Positions 23,936-38,114 are shown, numbered from the stretch's first letter. The stretch is DNA of 64,000 bases from Octopus vulgaris (GCA_951406725.2 OX597834.1:10044001-10108000); one strand, 5' to 3'. A program made the numbers and translations. The notes: generated by a model not told the origin, from the letters alone.

Positions 23936-24112
23936 TTATAAATATTCCCGTCTACGTATTTATAATTCATGTAAAATTCTCGGAGAAAAATAAGTTTACT
24001 GCCTTGTGCGTCGAAATGAGATGTAATTAACGGACGAATTGCCTTTCAACGAGGTGTTTACCAAAAAGATCTGTTAAAGAGTTCGCACGTAATGTATATA
24101 TATATATCGAAA

Positions 24113-24150
<38 letters not shown>

Positions 24151-24919
24151 CAGAGGGGAAGAGAAGAGGAGGCAGGGAGAGTCGTGTATGACGTCAAATC
24201 GCTTGGTAAAAGAAACATGCAAAATTTTATAAAAAGTTATACCCATCTTATATGAGTTAACATTTTATTAAACGATATATTGACTTGTTGGATAAGCTGG
24301 GACGCTTTTGTGCTATTTCCGATCATAGTTACTACTAAAAACACACGTAAAATATCACAAATTATATGTCCTTGCAGCAGACTATATGTATAAACTAAAT
24401 ATGAAGCGATGTATAAACAGGAGCTGAGTACATTTCGCCGATACGCCGTTTCCGATTTGGTTTTTACGTTTTTCTTTTGCGTCGCTCCCAAGAGTTAAGC
24501 AGCAATTTCGCTTCCTTTCTCTCTTTTCTTTTCTATTTTTTTTTTACTCGTTTTTTTAAAAAATTTTTTTAGTGCAGTGGATAATTGTATGAGAAAAAAA
24601 ACCAAAGAGTCAGTCAGACATTTGAAAAATAACGAAATATTGGTATAGAAAGATTGGCAGCGAAATATAAGAGAGAGAGAGGCGGGCATGAGATAGACGA
24701 ATAAGAGGGGAGATGAAGAGAGGAAGAGGGAAAGGGAATGAGAGAGAGAGAGAGAGAGAGAAGGAGAAGGAGAGAGAGACAAAGACAGAAAATTTGACAG
24801 AACTCTTCTGTAATGACGATTATGGTGAAGCTGACGGTTGTACAAAATGGTGGCGTTGTGATGTTTCTAAAGATAATAATTGCGGCAATGTTTATGGTTG
24901 AGGTTGTGGCGGCGATGGG

Positions 24920-25600
24920 GGATGATGATGACGACGACAATGACAAGGGTGTCGACGACGATGACTATGATGATGATGTTGACGATGACAACACTGTTAA
25001 TGATGGTGATGATGACTACAACGACGACGGTAATGATGATAATGACGACAACAACGATGATGATGAGATGATGATGACGACTACAATGATGATGATGACG
25101 ATGATGGCGACGACAATGACAATGACGATGATGATGACAATGACGATGATGATGACAACGGCGATGATGATGACGACGGTGATGATAATGATGCCAACAA
25201 CAACGATGATGACGATGATGATGACGACGAGAGCGATGGTGATGATGATAATGATGATGATGTTGACGACAATGACAACGACGATGATGCTGATGACGAC
25301 GACGCTGATCATACCGACGACAACGATGATGATGATGTCGACGACGATGATGATGACGACGATGACAACGATCTCAACAACGACAACGAGGACGATGATG
25401 ATGATGTTTTTCTTCGTGGTGATGATGACCATGATGATGATGATGACGTTTTGTATTTTTATTTTAGAGAGGTTACAACGGCAAATTTGAAGCGATTTTG
25501 ATGACGCTGATAAAAATATGATGACGATGACGACAACGACGCCACTGACAATTCTGATGATGACAGTAACGCTGACGACGATGATGATGATGATGATTAT
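24920..25600. repeat. (GAT)n/(GAC)n degenerate trinucleotide tract
   Basis: Direct reading. Confidence 0.95.
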
Positions 25601-25895
25601 CATATCAGTTTGCTTCTGTTTTTTTCTTTCCTCCATCCAAAACGTTGTCATACAAAGATTAACATTATTCGCCATCCGTTTTAGTCTTGAATTTTTTTCT
25701 GATATTTCGTTGGTTTTTGATTCTTGCTTTCCGTTTTTGTTTTTTTTTAATTTTTGCTTTTTTTTTTCACATTCTTGCATTTTGTATTTATTTATTTGTT
25801 GTTGGTATTGTTGTTATTGAAAATCGCCTTCAGCAGAAGAAATTTTACTTTTCTATCACGAAGAATTCTCAATTTTATGTGTTTTTTTCCTAATG

Positions 25896-25902
25896 GTGTG
25901 TG

Positions 25903-25933
<31 letters not shown>

Positions 25934-26072
25934 GTATATGTATATATACATATATATATATATGTATATATATATGTATATATATATGTATATGTATATA
26001 TATATGTATATGTATATATGTATATGTATATATATGTATATGTATATATATATATATGTATATATATATGTA
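25896..26072. repeat. (TA)n/(TATG)n microsatellite
   Basis: Direct reading. Confidence 0.95.
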
Positions 26073-26234
26073 ATTTTTTTATCTTTATTCTCTATCATGT
26101 CCATGGCTTATTCCATGGAGACTTCTTGGCCGAGATGAAATGCCGGTGGACAAGAAGAACACATCGCTGACATGAATGAATAAATAAATAATTTTAACAG
26201 TCAGCATCCTCAACATCGAGCTTATAACTTCCAC

Positions 26235-26780
26235 AATCATCATCATCATCATCATCCTCACCATCATCATTATCATCATCATCATTGTCATTATCCTAAT
26301 CAGTATCATCGTCATTGGTTTCATCGTCTTCATCATTATCATCATCACCATCATGTAAACTATCATCATCATCATCACCATCATGTAAACCATCATCATC
26401 ACCATCGTCGTCATCATCATTATCATCATTGGTTTCATCGTCTTCATCATTATCATCACCATCATGTAAACCATCATCATCATCATGTAAACCATCATCA
26501 TCAGCATCGTCATCATCACCATCGTCGTCCTCATCGTCATGATCATCCTCCTCCTCATCATCATCATTATCATCTTTGTCATTATCGTCATCATCATCAT
26601 CATCATTGGTGTCATCGTCTTTCTCATTATCATCATCACCATCATCACCATCATCATCATCATCATGGTCGTCGTCATCATCATCCTTATCATCATCATT
26701 GGTAATGGTATTATTAATTTCAGAGACCTTACGTTGATCTTCTTCATCATCATAATCTTCTCAGTTATCATTATCATCGA
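26235..26780. repeat. (ATC)n/(GTC)n degenerate trinucleotide tract
   Basis: Direct reading; same repeat class as 24920-25600 in opposite orientation. Confidence 0.95.
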
Positions 26781-28055
26781 CATAGCAAGTGCTAGATACG
26801 TCATTACTTCTAGCTTCATGATGTAACGTGTGCGTGTATTTATTTATTTATTTATTTATTTATGTATTTATTTTGCCTCTCCATCTTAAAATGGTTGTGC
26901 TGCTTCAAACGCTGTAGTCTACGACAATTGTATCGAGAAACCATGTAATGGCATTAAGATGCCCCACCTACGAATTCCCTATCATGGGTGTTGTCTCTGA
27001 TGAAGTGCCAGTTATGTAGAAATCATGAGATACAACAATGTTATCTGCTGCTGCTAACGAAATTTCGATCGCTCATATGATGTATGCTTTTGGGGTGCAT
27101 AATCATACGAACGATTACCGCAGTTTGTAGTGTTTGAAGCTGAAAAAAAACAAGATTCAAGCTTCATCTGTCGCTAGTAGTTAATATATAGTTCTTTTAA
27201 ATACATATATTTTGTGGTTAAAAGGTACCAAATTGAAGTATTCAATATATGTCTGATGAAGAATTTTACAAGAACGTTCAACAATCTATCGATTTGTACG
27301 TCTACCTAACCCTATGTTTACATGTATATACCTATCTGTCTATGTGTATATCTATCTTTCTATCTATTTATCTATCTGTCTATCTATATCTATATATCTA
27401 TATATCTGTCTATCTATATATCTATCTATCTGTCTGTCTCTCTGTATTTCTATCTATTTGTCTATCTACCTGTCTGTCTGCATATGTAGGTAGGTAGGTA
27501 CGTACGTACGCACGTACGTGTATGCGTACAAACATACTGATATTCATATATACATGCATATATATACACACATACACATGAATGCATACACATCATTCCT
27601 ATTGCCTGAGAGTCTAAGTTTCACCTGAGGGCTTATTGAACCATCGAATGAAACAAATTCCATTCAACATGAATTTAATAATAAGCCTGACTCTATCTTC
27701 CTTTTTGGTCTCTACCCCAAGCAGACAGCAAATTAAATTTTCGAATTTTCTTCTTCCTGTTCTTCTTATTATTATCATCATCATCATCATTCTTCTTCTT
27801 CTTCTTCATCATAGCTTTTATTTGCAGATCATGCTTTTATCGAGGCTTCCTATACTATAACATTTCCTATTTCTGACAAAACCTTCTCTGTGTACATACG
27901 AGAATTACAATTCAAATGATAAGCTTCGATATAAGTTTTTACACGTTGCAAAGTAACCTGGAAAAAATTTCTGCTATTTCAGTAATCTTTAACTACACGC
28001 TTGTACCTCTGATTGACAGAACGTGTATTGCAACCGAGTCTCTTTTACTCTCTTT

Positions 28056-28447
28056 TTTCTCTCTTTTACTTGTTTCAGTCATTCGACTGTGGCCATGCTG
28101 CAGCAGCGCCTTTAGTCGAGCATATCCACCCCAGGACTTATTCTTCGTAAGCCTAGTACTTATTCTATCGGTGTCTTTTGCCGAACCGCTAAGTGACGGG
28201 GACATAAACACACCAGCATCGTTTGTCAAGCGATATTGGTGGGACAAACTCAAACACACATATACATATGCATGTACATATATACGACGGGCTTCTTTCA
28301 GTTTCCGTCTACCAATTCCACTCACAAGGTTTTGGTCGGCCCGAGGCTATAGTAGAAGACACTTGCCCAAGGTGCCAAGCAGTGGGACTGAACCCGGAAC
28401 CATGTGATTGGTAAGCAAGCTACTTAACAGACAGCCACTCCTGCGCC
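28056..28447 (-). mobile_element. SINE family B (CORE-like, tRNA-derived), full length
   Basis: Minus strand GGCGCAGGAGTGGCTGT...GGTTCCGGGTTCAGTCCC...CACCTTGGGCAAGTGTCTTCTAC, internal microsatellite, tail GCATGGCCACAGTCGAATGACTGAAAC. Confidence 0.92.
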
Positions 28448-28510
28448 AATGGGTCTATGAATATTTTATATATACATTGGTGGGTATAAAATCTCTTTAG
28501 TATTTATTAT

Positions 28511-28972
28511 ATTGGTTTTAAATATTGGAGCAAGGCCAGCAATTTCGGGGGATTGATTAAGTCGATTACATCGACTCCAGTGCTCAACTGGTAATTATCT
28601 CATCTGCCTCGAAAGGAGAAAATCAAGGACAACCTCGGGGAAATTTGAACTCAGAGCGTAAATACAGATGAAATGCAACGAAGCATTTCACCCAACGAGC
28701 TCACCACTCTCTTTCATCCTGCTAGCTCACCACATTTTTTGCATCTATTACCCTGGTTTCATATTTGGGTACAAGGCCAGCAAATTCGAGAGATGGCTTA
28801 AGTCGATTGCATCTACCCCAATATTCAATCAACTGGCTGAGTATTGGAGTAGATGCAAAAGGATGAGTAGCAAAGACGACTTCGGAGGAATTTTACCTCA
28901 GAACGTAAAAACGGACGAAATGCCGCTAAGCATCTTACCAGGTGTGCTAGCGATCCAGCAAGATCACCACTT
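28511..28972 (-). mobile_element. Two adjacent diverged family A SINEs
   Basis: CAAGGCCAGCAA...AAGTCGATT...CTCAGA(G/A)CGTAAA occurs twice. Confidence 0.8.
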
Positions 28973-29192
28973 TCTTTGTATCCATTATATTGAAGTTCAT
29001 TGTGTTATTATTGTGACAGAATTGGAAGAAAAAAGAGATGTTTTTGTTTGACATTAAAGCATCCAGAAGGGACGGCAGTAATTGATGCTTACTCATTACA
29101 AATCAACCCTTTACAGCACAGTAATGTGTGTCAAAGATAATTAAGTATGTTCACCAATGACTCAAAACGATTTCTTCCAGAATAGATTAGAT

Positions 29193-29355
29193 CAGAGGTT
29201 CCTAGCCTGGGGTCTGCGGACTTTTAGTGGCTCGCAAAAGTAGAACTGGGGATCCGTGAGCTTAATTCAAAATTTCATATATTTACAAAAGGACAGGGAT
29301 ATCAAAAGGGGTCTGTGAGAAAACTCATCTAAATAAAAGGGTTTGGGAACCACTG
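29193..29355. mobile_element. hAT (Charlie-like) MITE
   Basis: Imperfect TIRs CAGAGGTTCCTAGCC / GGTTTGGGAACCACTG; perfect 8-bp TSD GATTAGAT at 29185-29192 and 29356-29363; subterminal GGGGTC motifs. Confidence 0.88.
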
Positions 29356-29858
29356 GATTAGATTTGTGTACATTAATGTGTAAGCTTTGAGGGAAATTAT
29401 AACCTCACAAGCCATATTCGAGATGACGCATCAATTCTCCAGCCACAGAGCTCGAAGAAAGAGAAATTTAATATGTAAGGCTTGTGCTTTAATATCCCCA
29501 CCTTTTGGTCTTTAGTCCTTATTTGTTTAGAGACTCGGATTAAAATTAAGTTAAGCATAAACACATTCTATACAGTAAATCATTGAACTTTGATGATTTG
29601 AACCAAGTCACTTTCAGCCTCTAAATCCTCTTTTCTGACTCTTTGTAGCACTGCGAAATAAAAGAGCATTTTATGCCTCAGTAACTCCGAGTTTAATTCC
29701 TCTGACGTGAAGAGGAATTGATAAAAGGCTGCCGTGTATTATACTCCGATGAAATAGTTCCCTTTCCCCCTCTCTCTGTCTCTCCCTTTCTTTCTCATTC
29801 ACTCCCTCTGTTGCTCTCTCATTATCTATTTATCTATCTATCAATCTATTTCTATACC

Positions 29859-30091
29859 TATTTCTTTACTACCCACAAGGGGCTTAACATAGAGGGGACA
29901 AGCAAGGATAGACATAGGTATTAAGTCGATTACATCGACCCCAGTGCGTAACTGGTACTTAATTTATCGACCCCGAAAGGATGAAAGGCAAAGTCAACCT
30001 CGGTGGAATTTGAACTCACAACGTAACGACAGACGAAATACGGCTACGCATTTCGCCCATCGTGCTAACGTTTCTGCCAGCTCGCCGCCTT
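29859..30091 (-). mobile_element. SINE family A, full-length monomer
   Basis: Complete head, body and tail; flanking TATTTCTATACC is duplicated on both sides. Confidence 0.93.
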
Positions 30092-31480
30092 CTATCTATA
30101 TTTCTATACCCCTCTCACGTACGAGCATTCACGCACTCCTGTGAATATTATGAGTGCTCGAGGTGGTTGTAAGAGAGAAAAAAAAGAGTAACGTAATACC
30201 TAAAACTGATACAAGAACACGAATTTTATGAGGTGTTTAGTTCTTTTAATTAGCCCTTGTACTCCAATGTTATAAAATAAATTAAACTAAATATCACAAA
30301 GCATTTTCTCCTTTGCTTTATCTATTTCAGCAACTACCATCCTTTTTGAAGAAAAATTATATAAAGTGGATAAATCATTATATCCAGCTTGCCAGATACC
30401 AAATATGAAAGATGAATTCATGTTTCCAGTTTTATCAGCTATATCATATTACCTTCGCATGCAGTTTAGGCGTAAATGATTTTGCGTAAAAGAAAGTAAT
30501 ACTTGAATTTTGCATTACATTACAGCTTTTTGACCTTGTGTAATGATAAAATGCAAATTTCTGAATTAGTTTAAAACCGACAAATTCACTGCATTTTGTT
30601 TATGCAGTTTTATATCAATTTTGAAGGGATGAATATAGATATGCAAATTTTCTATTACGTTTGAAGAATTCTATACATATTTTAACGAAGCGAAGTAATT
30701 ACAAAAATCAAAATAAAGCCATTATATTCGGCTTTCATCATCAATAAGGAACCCTTATACTATGATTACCCGTCACATGGTAAAATCGTTTTTGATACGT
30801 TATGTCATTATTCCATGCATGAAAATTAAGTGTAAGATATTTACTGTAGGTTAAATATACCGTAGTAGTGTACCCTTGCCGTATATAATGATATCAAATA
30901 TGTTTATCTTCCTTGAATGTTTTGAAAATTAAAATAAATGTAGTTAACAAAATAAAAATTTATCTTTTAAATGTAATGAAATTTTCATTGAAAAATGTTG
31001 CCTTTAAATATCAACAAACTCATAGAAAATTCTGATGGTTGCAAGAAAATATTTCATGACAGTATTTAGAAAGCAGGGTCCATTCTGGTGCTTTCTTTTT
31101 TTTCTTTTTGGTATTTTGTATTTCTTTTGTGATATGATTTTTATAAAACTTTTGTTTTCAAAAAGTTTTCCTTAGTTACGTTAATTCTCAGAGTACAAAC
31201 CTTAAATTATTTTTAATCCCTGTTTTACTATGCATTTTAAATGCAGATGTATGACTCGATAAAGGAGGGAACGGAGCAGCTATATTCAAGATGAGCGAAA
31301 GACTCCTCCGTCATTTGTTAATGGCTTTTGGAAATAATGAAATTGGTGCTTGTTTAAAGTAAAAGGAAGCTTGATATCATTTGGTGCTATATATGATTCA
31401 ATGATTACTTCAAATCGTTTCCTATTACCAATCGGCATTCCTGTTGAAGGTAGATCTTAATCAAAACAGATATCTTCTAT

Positions 31481-31648
31481 AGGCGTAGGAATGGCTGTGT
31501 GGTAAGTTGATTCCTTACGAACCACATGGTTCCGGGTTCAGTCCCACTGAGTGGCACCTTGGGCAAATGACTTCTGCTATAGCCTCGAGCCAACCAAAGC
31601 CATGTGAGTGGATTTGGCAGACGGAAACTGAAAAAGCCCGTCGTATAC

Positions 31649-31694
<46 letters not shown>

Positions 31695-31915
31695 GTGTGT
31701 ATATGTTTGTGTGTCTGTGTTTGTCACCCCAGCATCGCTTGAAACCGATGCTGGTGTGTTTACGACCCCGTAACCTACCGGTTCTGCAAAAGAGTCTGGT
31801 AGAATAAGTACTTGGCTTACAAAGAATAAGTCCTGGAATCGACTTGCTCGACTAAAGGCGGTGCTCCAGCATGGTCACAGTCAAATGACTGAAAGAAATA
31901 AAATAGTAAAAGAGT
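31481..31915 (+). mobile_element. SINE family B, full length
   Basis: AGGCGTAGGAATGGCTGTGTGGTAAG head, GGTTCAGTCCC B-box-like motif, CCTTGGGCAAATG, internal (TA)n, tail GGCGGTGCTCCAGCATGGTCACAGTCAAATGACTGAAA. Confidence 0.92.
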
Positions 31916-32234
31916 ATAAGTTTCGTGTCATTTCGCTTTGTGTGATACAAAATATATCATTACACATATCAAGGTATTTTAAAGTTGTATATGTTAAAAT
32001 TCATTGTAACATAGAAATATCACATTACTCCAGGAGAAATCTGTATTCGTCAAGAATAGTTTTCTCTTCCTTTTCCTAAATTATTATAAAGATATCAGAT
32101 ATTTTGTGCTTTGTAATTTGTTGCTTAATAAAGTCGACAAAGCTGTTTGGTTTGTCCCAGCATGTACGCAACTGACTGGATAGGTAAATGAGTGAAATAT
32201 TTACGTTCGCAAAATCCCACCAGGTGCATCTCTA

Positions 32235-32352
32235 CTAGTAGTAGTAGTAGTAGTAGTGGTAGCAGCGGTGGCGGTGGTGATAGTAGTAGTAGTAGCAATA
32301 GTAGGAGTATTAGTAGTAGCAATAGTAGTAGTAGTAGTAGCAGCAGCAGTAG
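32235..32352. repeat. (TAG)n/(CAG)n microsatellite
   Basis: Direct reading. Confidence 0.9.
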
Positions 32353-33754
32353 AATTCGCAGAAGCAGCAAGTGGAACAGCTCAGTAGTAATAGTCAATGG
32401 ATTATTAAATAGTCAGTTAACTGGGTTGGCTAGGTTTGTAAACTTTGGGCCGGCGCAGATTCTAATTTTTGGTGGTGTGGAGCTATCCCTTCGATAGAGC
32501 AAATATAAAACTTCGTGTGAAAGCGTCCGATTCCACTTCTCCCAAAGGTAAAACAAATAGCCAAAATATTTGACATATATTCCAAATTTTCCTTCTTGTG
32601 TTTTTATACCATCGCAAATTACAATAAGTTTCATCCATCTCTACACGAAACATTTGGTGCTTAAAACATACTAAGGTCGCATTTGTTCTTCATCCTCCAG
32701 TGATCGAACAAATCAATATCAGTCGGATAGTATGATCGATAAAATCGATGACAGCATTACACATAATACAGAGCCTACGTCTAAGTTATATACCAACATA
32801 ATTATCTTTAGACAGAATCGATCAAACGGCCGACAACATTCGTAAAGGTATTGAGACACTTCCCGTTACCTTCTGATTAAAAAGTCCCTCGAGGTTTCTT
32901 TGGCATGAGTACACCTATATTAAATAAGCATAATGAAAGATCGTATCACTAATCTCTCTTAGCAGTGGGAGTTCGATATAGGAAGGGGTCATGCATATGC
33001 CATGCATGGTTGGCTGTAACAGTGATGGGTTGCACTTGGAGAATCGTTTAATAAATCTGATACGAGTCGTATTTGATGTATGTAATATTGTCAAGTAACT
33101 GACCCCTGCATTTATCACGTTGGTGTTGGAATATCTATATCTATATCTATCTATCTATCTATCTATTTATCTATCATATATATAAGTAAATATTTACAAA
33201 CACATATAAACGTCTACGTACATATATGCCTGCATGCACACAGCGGAACGCGCACACATACACACACCCAGACACACACAAACTCCAAAAAGTACTTGTG
33301 TTTGTGTGCGAGTGTGTCTATATATGGGAATGTGCCAGTGGCATGTGAGTGTACATGTGATGCGTGTGTGTGTGTGTGTGTGTTAGTGCTTGCATATGTG
33401 TCTACGTGTGTATTTTGATGGATTGCTCGACCGTTTTCAGTTCTTTGAATAATACATGGAAACTTTAAATGAAGTAAATATGGTGAAACTATAGAAAATG
33501 CACCAGAAAAAAGGGGGTCGCGCAAATACGCGCGCGCACACACATACGTGCACATACAGAGTAAAAGACACATGGAAATACACGTGTGCTTTCACCAATG
33601 CACATATACACACTTGTATATCATGTAGGGAATTGTATTTCGTATTCAAAGAAGCATTCAAATTCTGACTAGATTTAGAAAACGTCATAGAATTCAAACG
33701 AAGCGACGTCTATGGGCATGTGTGTGCATATATGTGTGTGTGCGATTATTTGTT

Positions 33755-34167
33755 TCTCTCTCTCTCTATATATATATATACACACACACATATATCGTAT
33801 GTAATATATATATATATACACACACATACATATATCGTATGTAATATATATATATATATATATACCTATATATATCTATATACACACACATATATATATA
33901 TATGTATACGCATACATTTACATACATATATATATACGCATATATATATATGCACACACACATACATAACTACACATATATATATACATATATATATATA
34001 TACACACATATATATACACACACATATATATGTATACGCATACATATTTACATACATATATATATATACGCATATATATATATGCACACACACATATATA
34101 ACTACACATATATATATACATTTATATATATACACACACGTATATATACACACACATATATATATAC

Positions 34168-34216
<49 letters not shown>

Positions 34217-34249
34217 CACACATATATATATATACACACATATATATAC

Positions 34250-34283
<34 letters not shown>

Positions 34284-34300
34284 TAGATATATAGATAGAT
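33755..34300. repeat. (TA)n/(CA)n composite with an internal ~130-bp duplication
   Basis: ATGTATACGCATACAT...ATAACTACACAT occurs twice. Confidence 0.92.
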
Positions 34301-35038
34301 AAACACGTATATAATTGAAACGTATATTTGAATGTAAATATTTGTGTGATGTATGTGTGCGTGTGTATATATATACTCACATACATACATGTATGTATGT
34401 GTACCGATAGAGTTAAATTTGATGTTGATTGAATTGCATTGTATATTATGTATTTATATTATATATAGTTTGTCAAAGCTAAGACGTATTATCCTTCATT
34501 GCCAAGTATTTGTAACGCTTGAAACAGTTTTCGTTTCTCTCTCTTGAATTGCTGACCAGAAACAGAGCCAAAGTTTGTTAATGCTGTCTTGAGTAGCTCT
34601 TGACAGAAATTAATTAGTAATTAATCGATTCTCTTAATAATGATCAATCAATGAACTGTGTATAATGTTTGTATTTCGTATTCAGTTATTTGCTCAAAAT
34701 TTACCACTCTGTTGACTTGCTTCTTCAAAGTGAATTGGTCCGAAATAATTTTTCAACAATGCTGAAGTAGTCAACCACAAATGCTGTGCGGCCTTAAGCA
34801 GCCTTGCGTACGTACACACAGAGGCCCATTCATTCACACAATATTAGTCATTGATATTCACATACATAGATGCATACACGCGGGCGCAATCTCATTCGCT
34901 TCTATATGTGTATACGCATAGTGAAACGCTATTTCAACACAAAAACAGAAAATACGTACATTTACAGACGAAGTTACTGGCTTAGATTCTATGATTTTGC
35001 GTAGAGACGAAAGATTTTTCTCAATGAGACTGCTACAC

Positions 35039-35088
<50 letters not shown>

Positions 35089-35411
35089 TACACAAATATA
35101 TTTATACTCATACACACTTACTCAACTAGAAATATGTTCACGCATACACAACACACACATGTGCATACGCTCTTCGACAAAGAAAAACAAATATTTAAAG
35201 AATGAATGTAATGTCGAACTATTTAAGTCCAATTCGGTATGGACATACAATACATTATCAAAACCAGAGTCTTATATACAGAAAATTTTGAACAAAATTA
35301 GACTAAATCTGAATTACATTGAATTGCGTCTACATACGTTTATTTATAGTTATCTATCTAGTTAGCTAGCCCTTTGCTCTCTCTCTCTCTCTTTTTGTTT
35401 CTCCTTCTATC

Positions 35412-35460
<49 letters not shown>

Positions 35461-35462
<2 letters not shown>

Positions 35463-35739
35463 TGACGAAGGGAGGGTTCTTACGAACTAAGCCTGAAATC
35501 GGTCCGATAAGGTAATAATGGAATTTTTTTAGAGATTTCTGTCGACATTTTTTTGAGTAGCGTGCGTATTGTGAAAAATTATATGGTTATGGACAGGATG
35601 TCTAATTTCGGCATATTTAGCATTAGAAATCTTTTCGTTTGCCCTTCTTTATAAGTTGTTTATAAATTCAACCTTTAAAGGTATTTTTTAATATGCTGGC
35701 CATTGACAAATTTTTTTTCGAAAAAATTTTATCCTACAT

Positions 35740-35742
<3 letters not shown>
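35461..35742 (+). mobile_element. PLE-like fragment (family H) inside (TA)n, starting at a hammerhead-like core
   Basis: CTGACGA-AGG...GTTC-TTAC-GAAC...CCT-GAAA-TCGGTC at 35462-35504; 3' end resembles the reverse complement of 60240-60300 and 52330-52385. Confidence 0.55.
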
Positions 35743-35776
<34 letters not shown>

Positions 35777-35867
35777 TGAGTGACAATGACGACTTATACC
35801 CCTTATACCCTCTCTTTACGGCGCTGACTTGCTCATCGGTGCAGATTTCTCAGTATAATCTGTATGT

Positions 35868-36062
35868 ATTCTTTTATTCTTTTATTTGTTTCAGACATTT
35901 GGCTAAGTTACGGGGACATAAACACACCAGCATCGGTTGTCAAGCGATGTTGGTGGGACAAACAGTAACACAAACACACTTGCGCACACACACACACACA
36001 CACATAAAATGGGCTTCTTTCAGTTTCCGTCTACCAAATCCCCCCACAAGGCTTTGGTCGGC
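35868..36062 (-). mobile_element. SINE family B, partial
   Basis: GCTAAGTTACGGGGACATAAACACACCAGCATCGG...GGGCTTCTTTCAGTTTCCGTCTACC. Confidence 0.88.
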
Positions 36063-36643
36063 TTTGCTGTTTGTCCACGCATGAGAGTCGTTGCATGAGT
36101 ACGCCTTTTCACAGATACCCATATTTGTATTTCAGTCACTGCCCATCGTAACAGACATATACTAGAATGAGAACATCAGCGTACGTCCACAGCCATATTT
36201 ATATGCACAAAAAGGGAAAACAAAAACGCTGAAATCTAAAGCCATGCTACGACCCTACCTTTTAGTGCTTCAGTTTGAAGTCTGGGTTTTATACTATCGA
36301 TTCTTTTTCCGAACCGCTATGGTACAGGGCTGAAAGCCAACCAAAATCGGTTGAAGAATGGTTGTGGCGGGCATGCAAAAATACGAACAAACACGCGCGC
36401 AGGCTAACACATATACACACATATATGTATACATATATAATCTCGAGTCGGTATTCTGGTCGTGAGTATTTATGCATACATTTATGTTTTTACTGTAGCA
36501 TTAGATAATTTTTGCTATTATTTCTAGCTATGTAGGTGTCTTCACACCCTTGGTCGCAAAAATATATTTTTCCGTTGTCGTACCGCATTGCGCATGGCTG
36601 TTTACATTAATATATACGTACATATATATATATATATATATAT

Positions 36644-36869
36644 CTGGCTCATAAGGGCCGGTATATAGGTTCCCCACCTCGACGGGACGCCGTTTAGCTG
36701 CAAGATTCAGGAAGCAAGAGAGAGAGAGATAGTTGTGGCGAAAGAGTTAGCAGAAGTTCACCATTACCAGGTAGATCTTAGGTATTTCGCTCATAAACAC
36801 ACACATCGCCCGGTCTGAGATTCAAACCCACGAGTCCGCTGCTCCAACCATTAGGCCATGTGCCTACAC
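36644..36869 (-). mobile_element. tRNA-derived SINE with family D-like head and family E-like tail
   Basis: Minus strand GGCACATGGCCTAATGGTTGGAGCAGCGGACTCGTGGGTTTGAATCTCAGACCGGGCG...GGCGTCCCGTCGAGGTGGGGAACCTATATACCGGCCC. Confidence 0.8.
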
Positions 36870-37262
36870 CTTCTAATATCATAAATTTTATTTAATGTAG
36901 ATTTACAAGTCGCTCACAAAATCAATAATTGTAATGGCAGATCCCAACCCAACACAACTACTAAAAAAATCTATAAAAGAGAGTGCAAAAAAATAATTAA
37001 AAAAAGACAGAAATATTTTCTCCTGTTTCAGACCAAACTAAACAAATGGAATTAAAATATAACGATTTTTTTTTGTTTTCAGTTTGAAAAATTAAATTAG
37101 CAACAGAAATCATAGAGAGAGAATACTGAATATTAGGACGATAATTCATAGTCTTCGGGGCATTACATGAGATTCCACAAAATTGATATTGTAATAGATA
37201 GCGAATTTCTATCAATGAATATTTACTGCAATATCATCTCACTTCTTATCATTCATATATAC

Positions 37263-37305
<43 letters not shown>

Positions 37306-37497
37306 GTTTGTGTGTGTGTAGAAGCATCTGTGTTAATGTATATATAACATGGTGTAAATTAATACATGAAATTAAGATTATTAATTTAGCAATCACCTTC
37401 AAATAATGTGTATGCAATAACCAATCATGCACTTGACATTTGCGTACAAGTATACACAAAAGCACACCGCCATGCAGACATTAGTATATAATAATTG

Positions 37498-37851
37498 ATG
37501 TATATATGCATACACACATACATACATACATACATATATATACATATATATACATATACATATATATATATACATACATACATACATATACATACATACA
37601 TACATATACATACATGCATATACATATATATACATACATACATATACATACATACATACATATACATACATGCATATACATATATATACATACATACATA
37701 TACATACATACATACATATACATACATACATATATATACATACATACATATACATACATACATACATATACATATATATACATACATATACATATATATA
37801 CATACATATACATATATATACATACATATACATATATATACATACATATAC

Positions 37852-37884
<33 letters not shown>

Positions 37885-38052
37885 CATATATATACATACA
37901 TATACATACATACATATATATATACATATATATACATATATATATACATATATATACATATATATATACATATATATATACATATATATATACATATATA
38001 TATACATATATATATACATATATATATACATATATATACATATATATATACA

Positions 38053-38114
<62 letters not shown>

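Noticed and set aside
24813-26826. Poly-Asp/Met/His ORFs resembling acidic biomineral proteins
   Set aside because: Degenerate (GAT)n tracts with frame switches and no unique domain.
26991-27035. CTGATGA...GAAA hammerhead-like match
   Set aside because: Weak stem II and a G at the cleavage position; no second copy in the window.
29859-30091. tRNA genes in SINE heads
   Set aside because: A/B boxes are present but there is no complete cloverleaf, and they continue into SINE bodies.
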